Positions 34,226 to 41,826 of a stretch of 47,573 bases of DNA are shown piece by piece. The notes below the pieces were generated by a model. The model saw only the letters and a list, made by a program, of their open reading frames with translations, made no database searches and was not told the DNA's origin. The DNA lies in NCBI GenBank assembly GCA_964411395.1, contig CAYPKX010000005.1, positions 2,958 to 50,530 on the forward strand, read 5' to 3'. This DNA is from an uncultured Eubacteriales bacterium. GTDB taxonomy: Bacteria; Acidobacteriota; Aminicenantia; Aminicenantales; UBA4085. A program made the translations under genes and the position numbers. Each line of letters starts with the position of its first letter. The stretch's first letter is position 1.

Positions 34226-35959
34226 ATGGAACATGAGGATTCTCTCTCTCTGAACCGCCGCCGATTCATCGAATATTTTTCCTCGATCGGATTGGGCGCG
34301 ACGCTGCTTCCCGGCGCGCTTTTGGCCCAGGCCCAGGCCGCTCCGCAGATCACCCTGGGGATGGTCGATGACGCCGCCCGGATCGCCGGGATCGTCCTGC
34401 CTCCCGAAGCGGAAAAGAAAATCGCCGAGGATCTGAGCCGGCCGAACGGCCTGACGGCGAATTTCAGGGCGATCCGGGAGATGAACCTGGGAAACGACAC
34501 GCCTTCGGCCCTGGTTTTCAATCCCGTCCTTCCGGGATGGAAAAGGCCGGCCGGCCGGAATGTTTTCAAATACACGCGGCCGCGCGCCGCCCGGCCGAAA
34601 ACCGACGAAGACCTGGCCTTTCTGCCCGTCACTCACCTGGCCTCGCTTCTCCGGGCCCGGACGATCTCGTCGGTTGATCTGACCAGGCTTTATCTCGAAC
34701 GGTTGAAAAAATATGATCCTGTTTTAAAGTGCGTCGTCACGTTGACGGAAGACCTGGCCCTGAAGCAGGCCGCCCGGGCCGATTCCGAGATCAAGGCCGG
34801 GAATTACCGCGGGCCGCTCCACGGCGTCCCTTGGGGAGCCAAGGATTTGCTCGCGGTCAGAGGATACAAAACGACGTTCGGAGCTTCTCCGTACAAGGAT
34901 CAGACGATCGATGTCGACTCCACCGTCTTCACTCGTTTGACCGAGGCCGGCGCGGTGCTTGTCGCCAAGCTGACCCTGGGCGCTCTGGCCATGGGCGACC
35001 GCTGGTTTGGAGGCCAGACCAAAAGCCCTTGGGATCCCCAAAACCCGAACAATGGATCGAGCGGTTCCTCGGCCGGCCCGGCTTCGGCCACGGCCGCCGG
35101 TCTGGTCGGTTTTTCGATCGGGAGCGAAACTCGCGGCTCGATCATGTCCCCGTCGGCCCGCTGCGGCGTGACCGGCCTGAGGCCGACGTTCGGACGGGTC
35201 AGCCGCTACGGGGCGATGGCTTTGAGCTGGACGATGGACAAGATCGGACCGCTCTGCCGGACGGCTGAGGACTGCGCCCTGGTCCTCAAAACGATCAGCG
35301 GACCCGACGGCCTGGACAATCATGTGATCGACGTCCCGTTCGACTGGGATGCGGGAAGGGACGTCAGGACGCTTCGGGTTGGGTACGTGAAGGAGGATTT
35401 CGACGATATCCCCGATGATCCGCAGAATGCCGAGCGTCTCAAACGGGCCCGGGAAGCGTTGGAAATCAGCCGGAAGGCCTTGGAGACGTTTAAGAGTCTG
35501 GGCGTCCGTCTTGTTTCCGTCGAAAGGCCCAAGGTCGATTCCGGTCCGATCGATTTTATCCTGTCGACCGAGGCGGCCGCCGCCTTCGATGATTTGGTCC
35601 GGAGCGAAAAGTTCGACCAGATGACCGCCGATCCCGAACGGAGCGCCTGGGTCCGATCGCTTCGGGCCCATGAGTTTGTCCCCGCCGTTTCCTACATTCA
35701 GGCCAACCGGGCGCGGTACCGGCTCATGGAGGCCTTTTCCGCCGTCTTCAAGGACATCGATGTGCTTCTTGGGAGCCGGCTGGGGATCACGAATCTGACC
35801 GGGCATCCGGAAATCAGCCTGGTTTCCGGATTCAATTCCCAGGGACAACCGGCCGCCTTCCGCCTGACCGGAAAACTTTTCGGCGAGGAAGATCTCCTTC
35901 TTCTGGCTTCGGCTTATCAGGCCCGTACGGAAAATCATCTGCGACGGCCGGTCCTGTGA
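34226..35959 (+). CDS. Tat-exported amidase-signature family protein
   Basis: 577 aa with SD AGGAGG upstream. Twin-arginine signal NRRRFIEYFSSIGLGATLLPGALLAQAQA. Amidase signature region GAKDLL and NNGSSGSSAGPASATAAG. Confidence 0.85.
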   Translation: MEHEDSLSLNRRRFIEYFSSIGLGATLLPGALLAQAQAAPQITLGMVDDAARIAGIVLPPEAEKKIAEDLSRPNGLTANFRAIREMNLGNDTPSALVFNPVLPGWKRPAGRNVFKYTRPRAARPKTDEDLAFLPVTHLASLLRARTISSVDLTRLYLERLKKYDPVLKCVVTLTEDLALKQAARADSEIKAGNYRGPLHGVPWGAKDLLAVRGYKTTFGASPYKDQTIDVDSTVFTRLTEAGAVLVAKLTLGALAMGDRWFGGQTKSPWDPQNPNNGSSGSSAGPASATAAGLVGFSIGSETRGSIMSPSARCGVTGLRPTFGRVSRYGAMALSWTMDKIGPLCRTAEDCALVLKTISGPDGLDNHVIDVPFDWDAGRDVRTLRVGYVKEDFDDIPDDPQNAERLKRAREALEISRKALETFKSLGVRLVSVERPKVDSGPIDFILSTEAAAAFDDLVRSEKFDQMTADPERSAWVRSLRAHEFVPAVSYIQANRARYRLMEAFSAVFKDIDVLLGSRLGITNLTGHPEISLVSGFNSQGQPAAFRLTGKLFGEEDLLLLASAYQARTENHLRRPVL

Positions 35960-36020
35960 AGCCGGGAGATTAGCCGCGGGCGTCCGGAGGGGTGATTTTT
36001 CGGCGGTCAGGCGCAAAAAG

Positions 36021-36049
36021 TTGACAGAAGTTCTTTAAGACTCTATATT
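36021..36049 (+). promoter_or_regulatory. Sigma70-type promoter (TTGACA-17-TATATT) for the HAD/hemW genes
   Basis: -35 at 36021-36026, 17-nt spacer, -10 at 36044-36049. The TTG ORF-track start (36049) falls inside the -10 element, which favours the ATG at 36070. Confidence 0.55.
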
Positions 36050-36069
36050 TGAATCCCTCGAAGTGTATC

Positions 36070-36756
36070 ATGCTTGATCTATCGATTTTGTCCGAACGGG
36101 ATTCCGAAACCGGAACCTCGTCCGGAAAAAAGGACCTGACCCTCATTTTCGATTTCGACGGCACGATTGCCGATACCATGGCGGCTATCGTCCGTCTGGC
36201 CAACAAGTACAACGCCACTCTCGGGATTCCGCCGCTCGATCAGGACGAAATCGAAGCCATGCGGGGGATGTCGAGCCGGGAGATTCTGAAAAAGCACCGG
36301 ATCCCGCTGGCCAAGCTGCCTTACCTCCTCATCCACTATCAGAAGGAGCTGGGCCGCGAGATCGACAAGCTCGGTCTTTTCCCCGGCATCCGCGAAGTCC
36401 TGCTCGAGCTCAAATCGTTGGGCGTGAAACTGGGAATCCTGACCTCCAATTCGACGGAGAATGTGGAAAAATTTCTCCAGGCCCGGGAGATCGAGGTTTT
36501 CGATTTCGTTCATTCCGAGCGGAACTTCTTCGGCAAAACCCGGGCCCTCAAGCACGTCTTGAAGGAAGAGGATGTCCGCAAGGACGATGTCATCTATGTG
36601 GGCGATGAAGCCCGGGATATCGAGGCCTGCCGTAAAGCCAAAGTCCCGGTGATCGCCGTGAGCTGGGGCTTCCAGCGCCGCGATTTTCTGGCCGACCAGG
36701 GTCCGACGTACATCGTCGATTCGCCCGACGAGATCCTCGAAATCGTCACGGCCTGA
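36070..36756 (+). CDS. HAD-superfamily phosphatase (phosphoglycolate phosphatase-like)
   Basis: Motif I IFDFDGTIADT (DxDxT), motif II LTSN, motif III/IV K...YVGDEARDI. Start chosen downstream of the predicted promoter. Confidence 0.8.
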   Translation: MLDLSILSERDSETGTSSGKKDLTLIFDFDGTIADTMAAIVRLANKYNATLGIPPLDQDEIEAMRGMSSREILKKHRIPLAKLPYLLIHYQKELGREIDKLGLFPGIREVLLELKSLGVKLGILTSNSTENVEKFLQAREIEVFDFVHSERNFFGKTRALKHVLKEEDVRKDDVIYVGDEARDIEACRKAKVPVIAVSWGFQRRDFLADQGPTYIVDSPDEILEIVTA

Positions 36757-36761
36757 CGACC

Positions 36762-37940
36762 ATGGCGTCCGGCGAATCCCAAAAAGCCGGACTCTACATC
36801 CACTTTCCCTTCTGCCGCCGCAAATGCCCTTTTTGCCATTTCGGCTCCGTTCCGGTCGATGCCCATCTGCTGAGATCCCATGTCGCCGCCTGGCGGAAGG
36901 GAATCCTTGCGGAGGCGGAGCTGTTTTCGGCCGGGGCCGCCGTGCCGCTTCCTTCCGGGCTCGAATTCGACACGCTCTATATCGGTGGCGGGACGCCCTC
37001 GTTGATGACGGCGGAGGAGCTGGCCGGATTGCGCAACGACCTGGCCGCCCGCCTTCCGCTCCGGCCGGCCGAGTTCACCCTGGAGGCCAATCCCATCGCC
37101 AGCGCCGGTCCGGAAACGTTCCGGGGTTGGATTCGAGCCGGAGTCACCCGCTTGAGCGTTGGGATTCAGTCCTTCGAGGACGGCGTCCTGCAAATGCTCG
37201 GACGGGAAGCTTCGGCCGCTCAGGCCGAAGCGTTTCTTCTCGGAGCGCGGGAAGCGGGATTTTCGTCGCTGGCCCTGGACCTCATGGTCGGCGTACCGGG
37301 GGAGACGTCCCGGGCCGTCGAACGGACGATCGAAGCCGTTCGCCGGATCGCTCCCGATCACGCCTCCGTCTATTTTCTGGAAAATGTCGAGGGACTGCCG
37401 ATGGAGCGGATCGTCCGGGAGAATCCGGTCGATGACGATGCGGCCGTCGAGGCCTTCGACGAGCTGGCCGCGGCCCTGGCCTCCATGGGCCGGCCGCGTT
37501 ATGAGATTTCCAATTTCGCCCGTCCCGGCCGCGAGTGCCGCCACAATCTGAAATATTGGCGGTACGAGCCGTTCGCCGGTTTCGGCCCTTCGGCCGCTTC
37601 TCATCTGGGCGGGAAGCGCTGGGCAAATGCCGCGGATTTCGAATTCTGGCGGACAGGGGCGGCGGAAGGTCGCCTCCCGGTTTCCGAAGTCGCCGCGCTC
37701 GATCCGGTCGCGGCTGCCCGCGAAGCCCTGGCCGCGGGACTTCGTCTCGTCGAGGGGATCGACCTCGATGTCTTTGCCGAGCGCTTCGGCCTCGACCTGA
37801 TGTTCCGGATCCGGAAGGAAATTGATGAGTTGGACGGCGACGGCCTGATCGAGCGGAAAGGCCGGACGATCCGCATTCCGGAAACGATGCTCAACGTCTC
37901 CAATTCGATTATCGGCCGGCTGGTCGACGCCCTCGCCTGA
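36762..37940 (+). CDS. hemW: Radical SAM heme chaperone HemW / oxygen-independent coproporphyrinogen oxidase-like
   Basis: 392 aa. LYIHFPFCRRKCPFCHF contains CX3CX2C. YIGGGTPS and a C-terminal HemN_C-like region are present. Starts 5 nt after the HAD stop. Confidence 0.85.
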   Translation: MASGESQKAGLYIHFPFCRRKCPFCHFGSVPVDAHLLRSHVAAWRKGILAEAELFSAGAAVPLPSGLEFDTLYIGGGTPSLMTAEELAGLRNDLAARLPLRPAEFTLEANPIASAGPETFRGWIRAGVTRLSVGIQSFEDGVLQMLGREASAAQAEAFLLGAREAGFSSLALDLMVGVPGETSRAVERTIEAVRRIAPDHASVYFLENVEGLPMERIVRENPVDDDAAVEAFDELAAALASMGRPRYEISNFARPGRECRHNLKYWRYEPFAGFGPSAASHLGGKRWANAADFEFWRTGAAEGRLPVSEVAALDPVAAAREALAAGLRLVEGIDLDVFAERFGLDLMFRIRKEIDELDGDGLIERKGRTIRIPETMLNVSNSIIGRLVDALA

Positions 37941-38235
37941 GCCGGCCCGGTCCCGGTTATTTACCTCTTGACTCCCTTTTTTCTCCTCGCCGGAGAAAAT
38001 CCGGTTCTCCTCCAAATGGGGTGGGTGGAGCAAGCGAATTCATGACGACCTCCGCTCACGCGTCCGGATTTTCTAAGTCTTGCGCAGGCCCTACGTCGAC
38101 TTTGTCGACAAGGGTTACGGCTTTTCGCGTTTGGCCTGGGGTCGGCCCGGCCGGCAGGTGCCGGCTCGAAAGAAGCCGGCGCTTGCCATCGGAAGAGGAC
38201 CTGAAAGGAGAAATCGCGATGGAGACGATCGGCCG

Positions 38236-38264
38236 TTGACAGCCGGCCGGCGCGGGGATAGAGT
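38236..38264 (+). promoter_or_regulatory. Sigma70-type promoter (TTGACA-17-TAGAGT) for the MFS gene
   Basis: -35 at 38236-38241, 17-nt spacer, -10 at 38259-38264. SD GGAGGAGG lies 5 nt before the ATG at 38295. Confidence 0.5.
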
Positions 38265-38294
38265 TCCGTTCACCGATTCGCGGAGGAGGCGGAC

Positions 38295-39515
38295 ATGGCC
38301 GACGCGTCGAGGGGCAGGGTCTATGGGCGGCGCTGGCTGGTTCTGGCCGCCTTTGTTCTGGTCGGCGGTATGTGTCAGGTTCTCTGGATCACGTTCGCTC
38401 CGATCACCGGGCCTGCGGCCGCGTTCTTTCGGACATCCGACTTGATGATCGGGCTTCTGTCCATGAGCTTTATGGTCGTTTACCTCCCTCTGTTTTTCCC
38501 CGCGGCCTGGATGATCGATACCCTGGGGTTTACGAAAGCCGTCGGTCTGGGAGCGATCCTGACGGCCGTCTTCGGCCTGAGCCGGGGAGTTTTTGCCTCG
38601 AATTTCATCCTGGTGTTCATCTCGCAGATCGGGCTGGCCGTCGCCCAGCCGTTCATCATCGGGTCGATGACGACGATTGCCGCCCGCTGGTTTCCCGTTC
38701 GTGAGCGGGCAACGGCAACGGGGCTGGCGACCCTGTCCCTTTACCTCGGCCCGCTGGCCGCCATGATTCTCACCCCGGCGCTTCTGCTTCGCGTGGGAAT
38801 GGAAAACATGCTCTGGATCTACGGTGTCGCCGCCGCGGCGGCGGCCTTTGTTTTCCTGGCGATCGCCCGTGAGCATCCTCCGACCCCGCCCGAGCCCGGC
38901 GCCGGGGAGGAGCGAACGCTGATGCTGGACGGATTCAAAGCGATGATCCGCCGCCGCGATTTTCTCATTCTTCTGGCCGTCTTTTTCGTCGGTCTCGGCA
39001 TGTTCAACTCCGTTTCGACCTGGATCGAGGATATCGTCCGGCCGCGCGGCTTTACGATCACCCAGGCCGGGTGGCTGGGCGGGATCATGTTGATCGGCGG
39101 GATCCTCGGAGCGGTGATCATCCCGGTCATTTCCGATAAGATCCGCCTCCGGAAGCCCTTTATCCTGATGGCCCTGAGCGGGCTTTTGCCGGGGCTCGTC
39201 GGGATGACCTTCGCCCGGAGTTACGCCGTCCTTCTGGCCTCCGGATTTGTTTTTGGATTTTTTCTTCTGAGCGCCGGTCCGATCGGCTTCCAATATGCCG
39301 CTGAAATCACCCGTCCGGCGCCGGAAGGGACGTCCAATACGCTTCTCCTCCTGATGGGGCAGATTTCCGGGATCGTGTTCATCCTGGGGATGGATGCTTT
39401 CAAATCGAAGGCGACGGGCTCGATGACCGGGTCGATGCTGGTTCTGACGGCTCTCGGCGTCGTCGCTTTCAGTTTAGCCCTGTTTTTACCCGAATCGCTG
39501 AAACGGTCGGATTAA
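38295..39515 (+). CDS. MFS transporter
   Basis: 406 aa with ~12 hydrophobic segments and an MFS-like loop motif between TM2/3 (GLSRGVFA region). Substrate unknown. Confidence 0.8.
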   Translation: MADASRGRVYGRRWLVLAAFVLVGGMCQVLWITFAPITGPAAAFFRTSDLMIGLLSMSFMVVYLPLFFPAAWMIDTLGFTKAVGLGAILTAVFGLSRGVFASNFILVFISQIGLAVAQPFIIGSMTTIAARWFPVRERATATGLATLSLYLGPLAAMILTPALLLRVGMENMLWIYGVAAAAAAFVFLAIAREHPPTPPEPGAGEERTLMLDGFKAMIRRRDFLILLAVFFVGLGMFNSVSTWIEDIVRPRGFTITQAGWLGGIMLIGGILGAVIIPVISDKIRLRKPFILMALSGLLPGLVGMTFARSYAVLLASGFVFGFFLLSAGPIGFQYAAEITRPAPEGTSNTLLLLMGQISGIVFILGMDAFKSKATGSMTGSMLVLTALGVVAFSLALFLPESLKRSD

Positions 39516-39591
39516 TCCGCCCGGCGGCGCCCCGCCCTCCCGATCCCGGGCGATCTTCGGCCCGTCTTTTCTCACTTTGTCGCTTTTCCGG

Positions 39592-39636
39592 GCCGCTCGT
39601 GATAGCAATTTCCCGGTGAGCGGCGTATTCTTTTTT
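39592..39636 (+). terminator. Possible rho-independent terminator after the MFS gene
   Basis: 7-bp stem GCCGCTC (39592-39598) pairing with GAGCGGC (39618-39624), a long 19-nt loop, then GTATTCTTTTTT. The long loop and the closeness of the next ATG (39647) make this weak. Confidence 0.3.
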
Positions 39637-39646
39637 GAAACGAGCC

Positions 39647-40843
39647 ATGATGAAAACGAACATTTTTTCTCTTCTTCCGGCGTCGGCGCTTTTGGCTGTT
39701 CTGATCCTCCCGGCCCCGGCCCAAGACCCGGCCGGTCTTTTCCGGACGGGCCGGATCCGGCTGGTCGAGGACGTCCGGGTTTCGGACGCCGATCTTCCGG
39801 ATGAGGCGGTTTTTCGCAATCCAAGGAATATCGCAGCAGATGCGAAGGGAAACATTTACGTCTCCGACTGGGCCTCGAATCACATCAAGGTCTTCGGTCC
39901 GGATGGGAAATTCATCCGGACGATCGGCCGTCCCGGAAACGGTCCGGGCGACCTCGGCGGGCCGGCCGCTCTCGACGTCTCAGGGGACCGTTTGGTCGTT
40001 TGGGAGAGCATGAACGGACGCTTCACCATCCTAAAGCTGGACGGGACAGTCATTCGAACGGCCCCCCGGCTGCAAGGCGCCTGGGCGGACATCTACGACT
40101 TGAGGGCTTTGCCCGACGGGAGATTCGTCGCCTTTCTGGACAGGGGACTGCCTCCGGATTTTCAAGGCCGGCTCCCGAGCGAGAAAAACTACGCGGTCCT
40201 TCTCCTGTCTCCGGATTTAACGGCCGTCAAGACGATTTTCGAAAAATCCATCCGCCGCCGGAACTGGTTCCGCGATCCTCAAACCCAGGCGGTCGGGCAG
40301 GCGTCCTTCCCCTTTCATCCGAATATCGTCTTCGACCTGTCCCCGACGGGAGTCGCGGCCGTGGGGTACAGCCAGGCTTATCATGTCGGTTTCTATGATC
40401 CTGACAAGGGACGCCTCTCCGAAATCGTCCGGTCTTATGATCCGGTAAAAATCCAGGAAAAGGACCGTAAAGACCACTTCGACGCTTTCACCATGAGGGT
40501 GATGGTCGGTAACAAAATGGATTTGGTTCATGGGGCGCCCGATTTTGTCATTAAAGCCACGGAATTCCCCGAGCATTTTCCTCCTTACCGGGGGATCGCC
40601 TTCGACGACAAGGGAAATCTTTGGGTGCAGATCCATACCCCCGAACGGACGACGAACGTCTTTGACGTCTTTTCCTCCGACGGCCTTTATCTCAACCGAA
40701 TCACCGTGGAGGGGGCGCCGATCGAAGCGTCCTTTTCCTCTCACGCCCAGATGAAATTCTCTACCGGCTTTCTTTGGAAAATCGAAAGGGATGCGGACGA
40801 TTTCGCTTCGCTCGTAAAATACAAGCTGACCGCGGCCAAGTGA
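39647..40843 (+). CDS. Secreted 6-bladed beta-propeller (NHL-repeat-like) protein
   Basis: The ATG at 39647 gives the signal peptide MMKTNIFSLLPASALLAVLILPAPAQD; the ORF-track TTG at 39635 lies in a T-tract. NHL-like repeats: GNIYVSDWASNHIKVFGPDGKFIRTIG and GNLWVQIH. Confidence 0.6.
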   Translation: MMKTNIFSLLPASALLAVLILPAPAQDPAGLFRTGRIRLVEDVRVSDADLPDEAVFRNPRNIAADAKGNIYVSDWASNHIKVFGPDGKFIRTIGRPGNGPGDLGGPAALDVSGDRLVVWESMNGRFTILKLDGTVIRTAPRLQGAWADIYDLRALPDGRFVAFLDRGLPPDFQGRLPSEKNYAVLLLSPDLTAVKTIFEKSIRRRNWFRDPQTQAVGQASFPFHPNIVFDLSPTGVAAVGYSQAYHVGFYDPDKGRLSEIVRSYDPVKIQEKDRKDHFDAFTMRVMVGNKMDLVHGAPDFVIKATEFPEHFPPYRGIAFDDKGNLWVQIHTPERTTNVFDVFSSDGLYLNRITVEGAPIEASFSSHAQMKFSTGFLWKIERDADDFASLVKYKLTAAK

Positions 40844-40873
40844 AGGGCTCTCCCCGTCGTTCTCGGTCGGCGG

Positions 40874-41677
40874 TCAGCGATGCTTCGGCTCGTAGATCCT
40901 TCGGGTCGCCCGGAGGGTGTTCCGTTTCGTCGTGAGGCGCTGGGCCAGAACGGCCGCCTTGTTGAGAAGACCGGGGACACAGACTAATTTTCCCCGCTTG
41001 AAGGCCCGAAGCGCCAGGGCGGCGGCCTTCTCCGGGGGCATCAGCAGACGGCTGTCCATCCGGAAATGCCGATCCAGTCCGGATTTGGCGATCATCTCGG
41101 TCGCGATCCCTCCGGGAGCGTAGGTGCAGATCGCGATTCCGTTTCCGCCGTATTCGGACCGCAATCCCTCGCTGAAAGCCTGGACCGCATGCTTGGTCGC
41201 GGCATAGACATTTTGATAGGGAAGGGAAATGAGCCCGCCGAGGCTGGTCACGTTGAGGATCGCCCCGCCGCCCTTCTCCAGAAAATAGCGGAGGAAGGCG
41301 GCCGTTGTTTCGAAAACCGTCAGGCAGTTGACCTGGATGAGCTCCCGGTATTCCTCGAACGGACGGTCGAGCGTTTTTCCGTAAAAGCTGAGTCCGGCGT
41401 TGTTGACCAGGGCAAAGACGTCTCCGCCGGACGTGGCCTTTTCGAAAAGGGTTTTCGCCCCGCCGGGAGAGCCCAAGTCGAGGGCGAGGGCTCGCACTCG
41501 GGCCGGGCAGGCGGTCTCGATCTCGGTCTTCAGGGTTTCGAGCCGATCGGCCCGGCAATCCGCCAGGATGAGGTCGGCCTTTTCCTTGACCGCCAGAAGC
41601 CGAGCCAGGGCCCGTCCAAGGCCTGAGGCGGCCCCGGTGACGACCACCGTCCGGCCGGCAAACGAGAGATGTTTCAT
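40874..41677 (-). CDS. Short-chain dehydrogenase/reductase (SDR)
   Basis: 267 aa. Cofactor motif VVTGAASGLGRALA (TGxxxGxG), NNAG, catalytic YAATKHAV (YxxxK). Confidence 0.85.
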   Translation of the reverse strand: MKHLSFAGRTVVVTGAASGLGRALARLLAVKEKADLILADCRADRLETLKTEIETACPARVRALALDLGSPGGAKTLFEKATSGGDVFALVNNAGLSFYGKTLDRPFEEYRELIQVNCLTVFETTAAFLRYFLEKGGGAILNVTSLGGLISLPYQNVYAATKHAVQAFSEGLRSEYGGNGIAICTYAPGGIATEMIAKSGLDRHFRMDSRLLMPPEKAAALALRAFKRGKLVCVPGLLNKAAVLAQRLTTKRNTLRATRRIYEPKHR

Positions 41678-41769
41678 CGTCCTCGATGGTACGTCAACAG
41701 GCCTCCCGGTTCAATGTCCGGCTGCGTTCCCCCTCTTGCGGGGGGGATAAGGAAATCCCCCGAAGGTTA

Positions 41770-41798
41770 TTGACCTTGGAGAAGATATCGAGTATCAA
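41770..41798 (+). promoter_or_regulatory. Sigma70-type promoter (TTGACC-17-TATCAA) for the glycyl radical enzyme operon
   Basis: -35 at 41770-41775, 17-nt spacer, -10 at 41793-41798. SD AAGGAG at 41815-41820 precedes the ATG at 41827. Confidence 0.45.
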
Positions 41799-41826
41799 GG
41801 AAAGACCGGATCAAAAGGAGAAGTCG

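Noticed and set aside
34724-38033. Minus-strand ORFs 34724-36016 (430 aa) and 36594-38033 (479 aa) antisense to the amidase, HAD and hemW genes
   Set aside because: They oppose motif-supported genes, span real intergenic boundaries and a predicted promoter, and show biased composition.
38021-38445. Plus-strand ORFs 38021-38239 (72 aa) and 38080-38445 (121 aa) in the gap upstream of the MFS gene
   Set aside because: They lack an SD and have Arg/Gly/Pro-rich products. The second runs out of frame through the predicted promoter and into the MFS gene.
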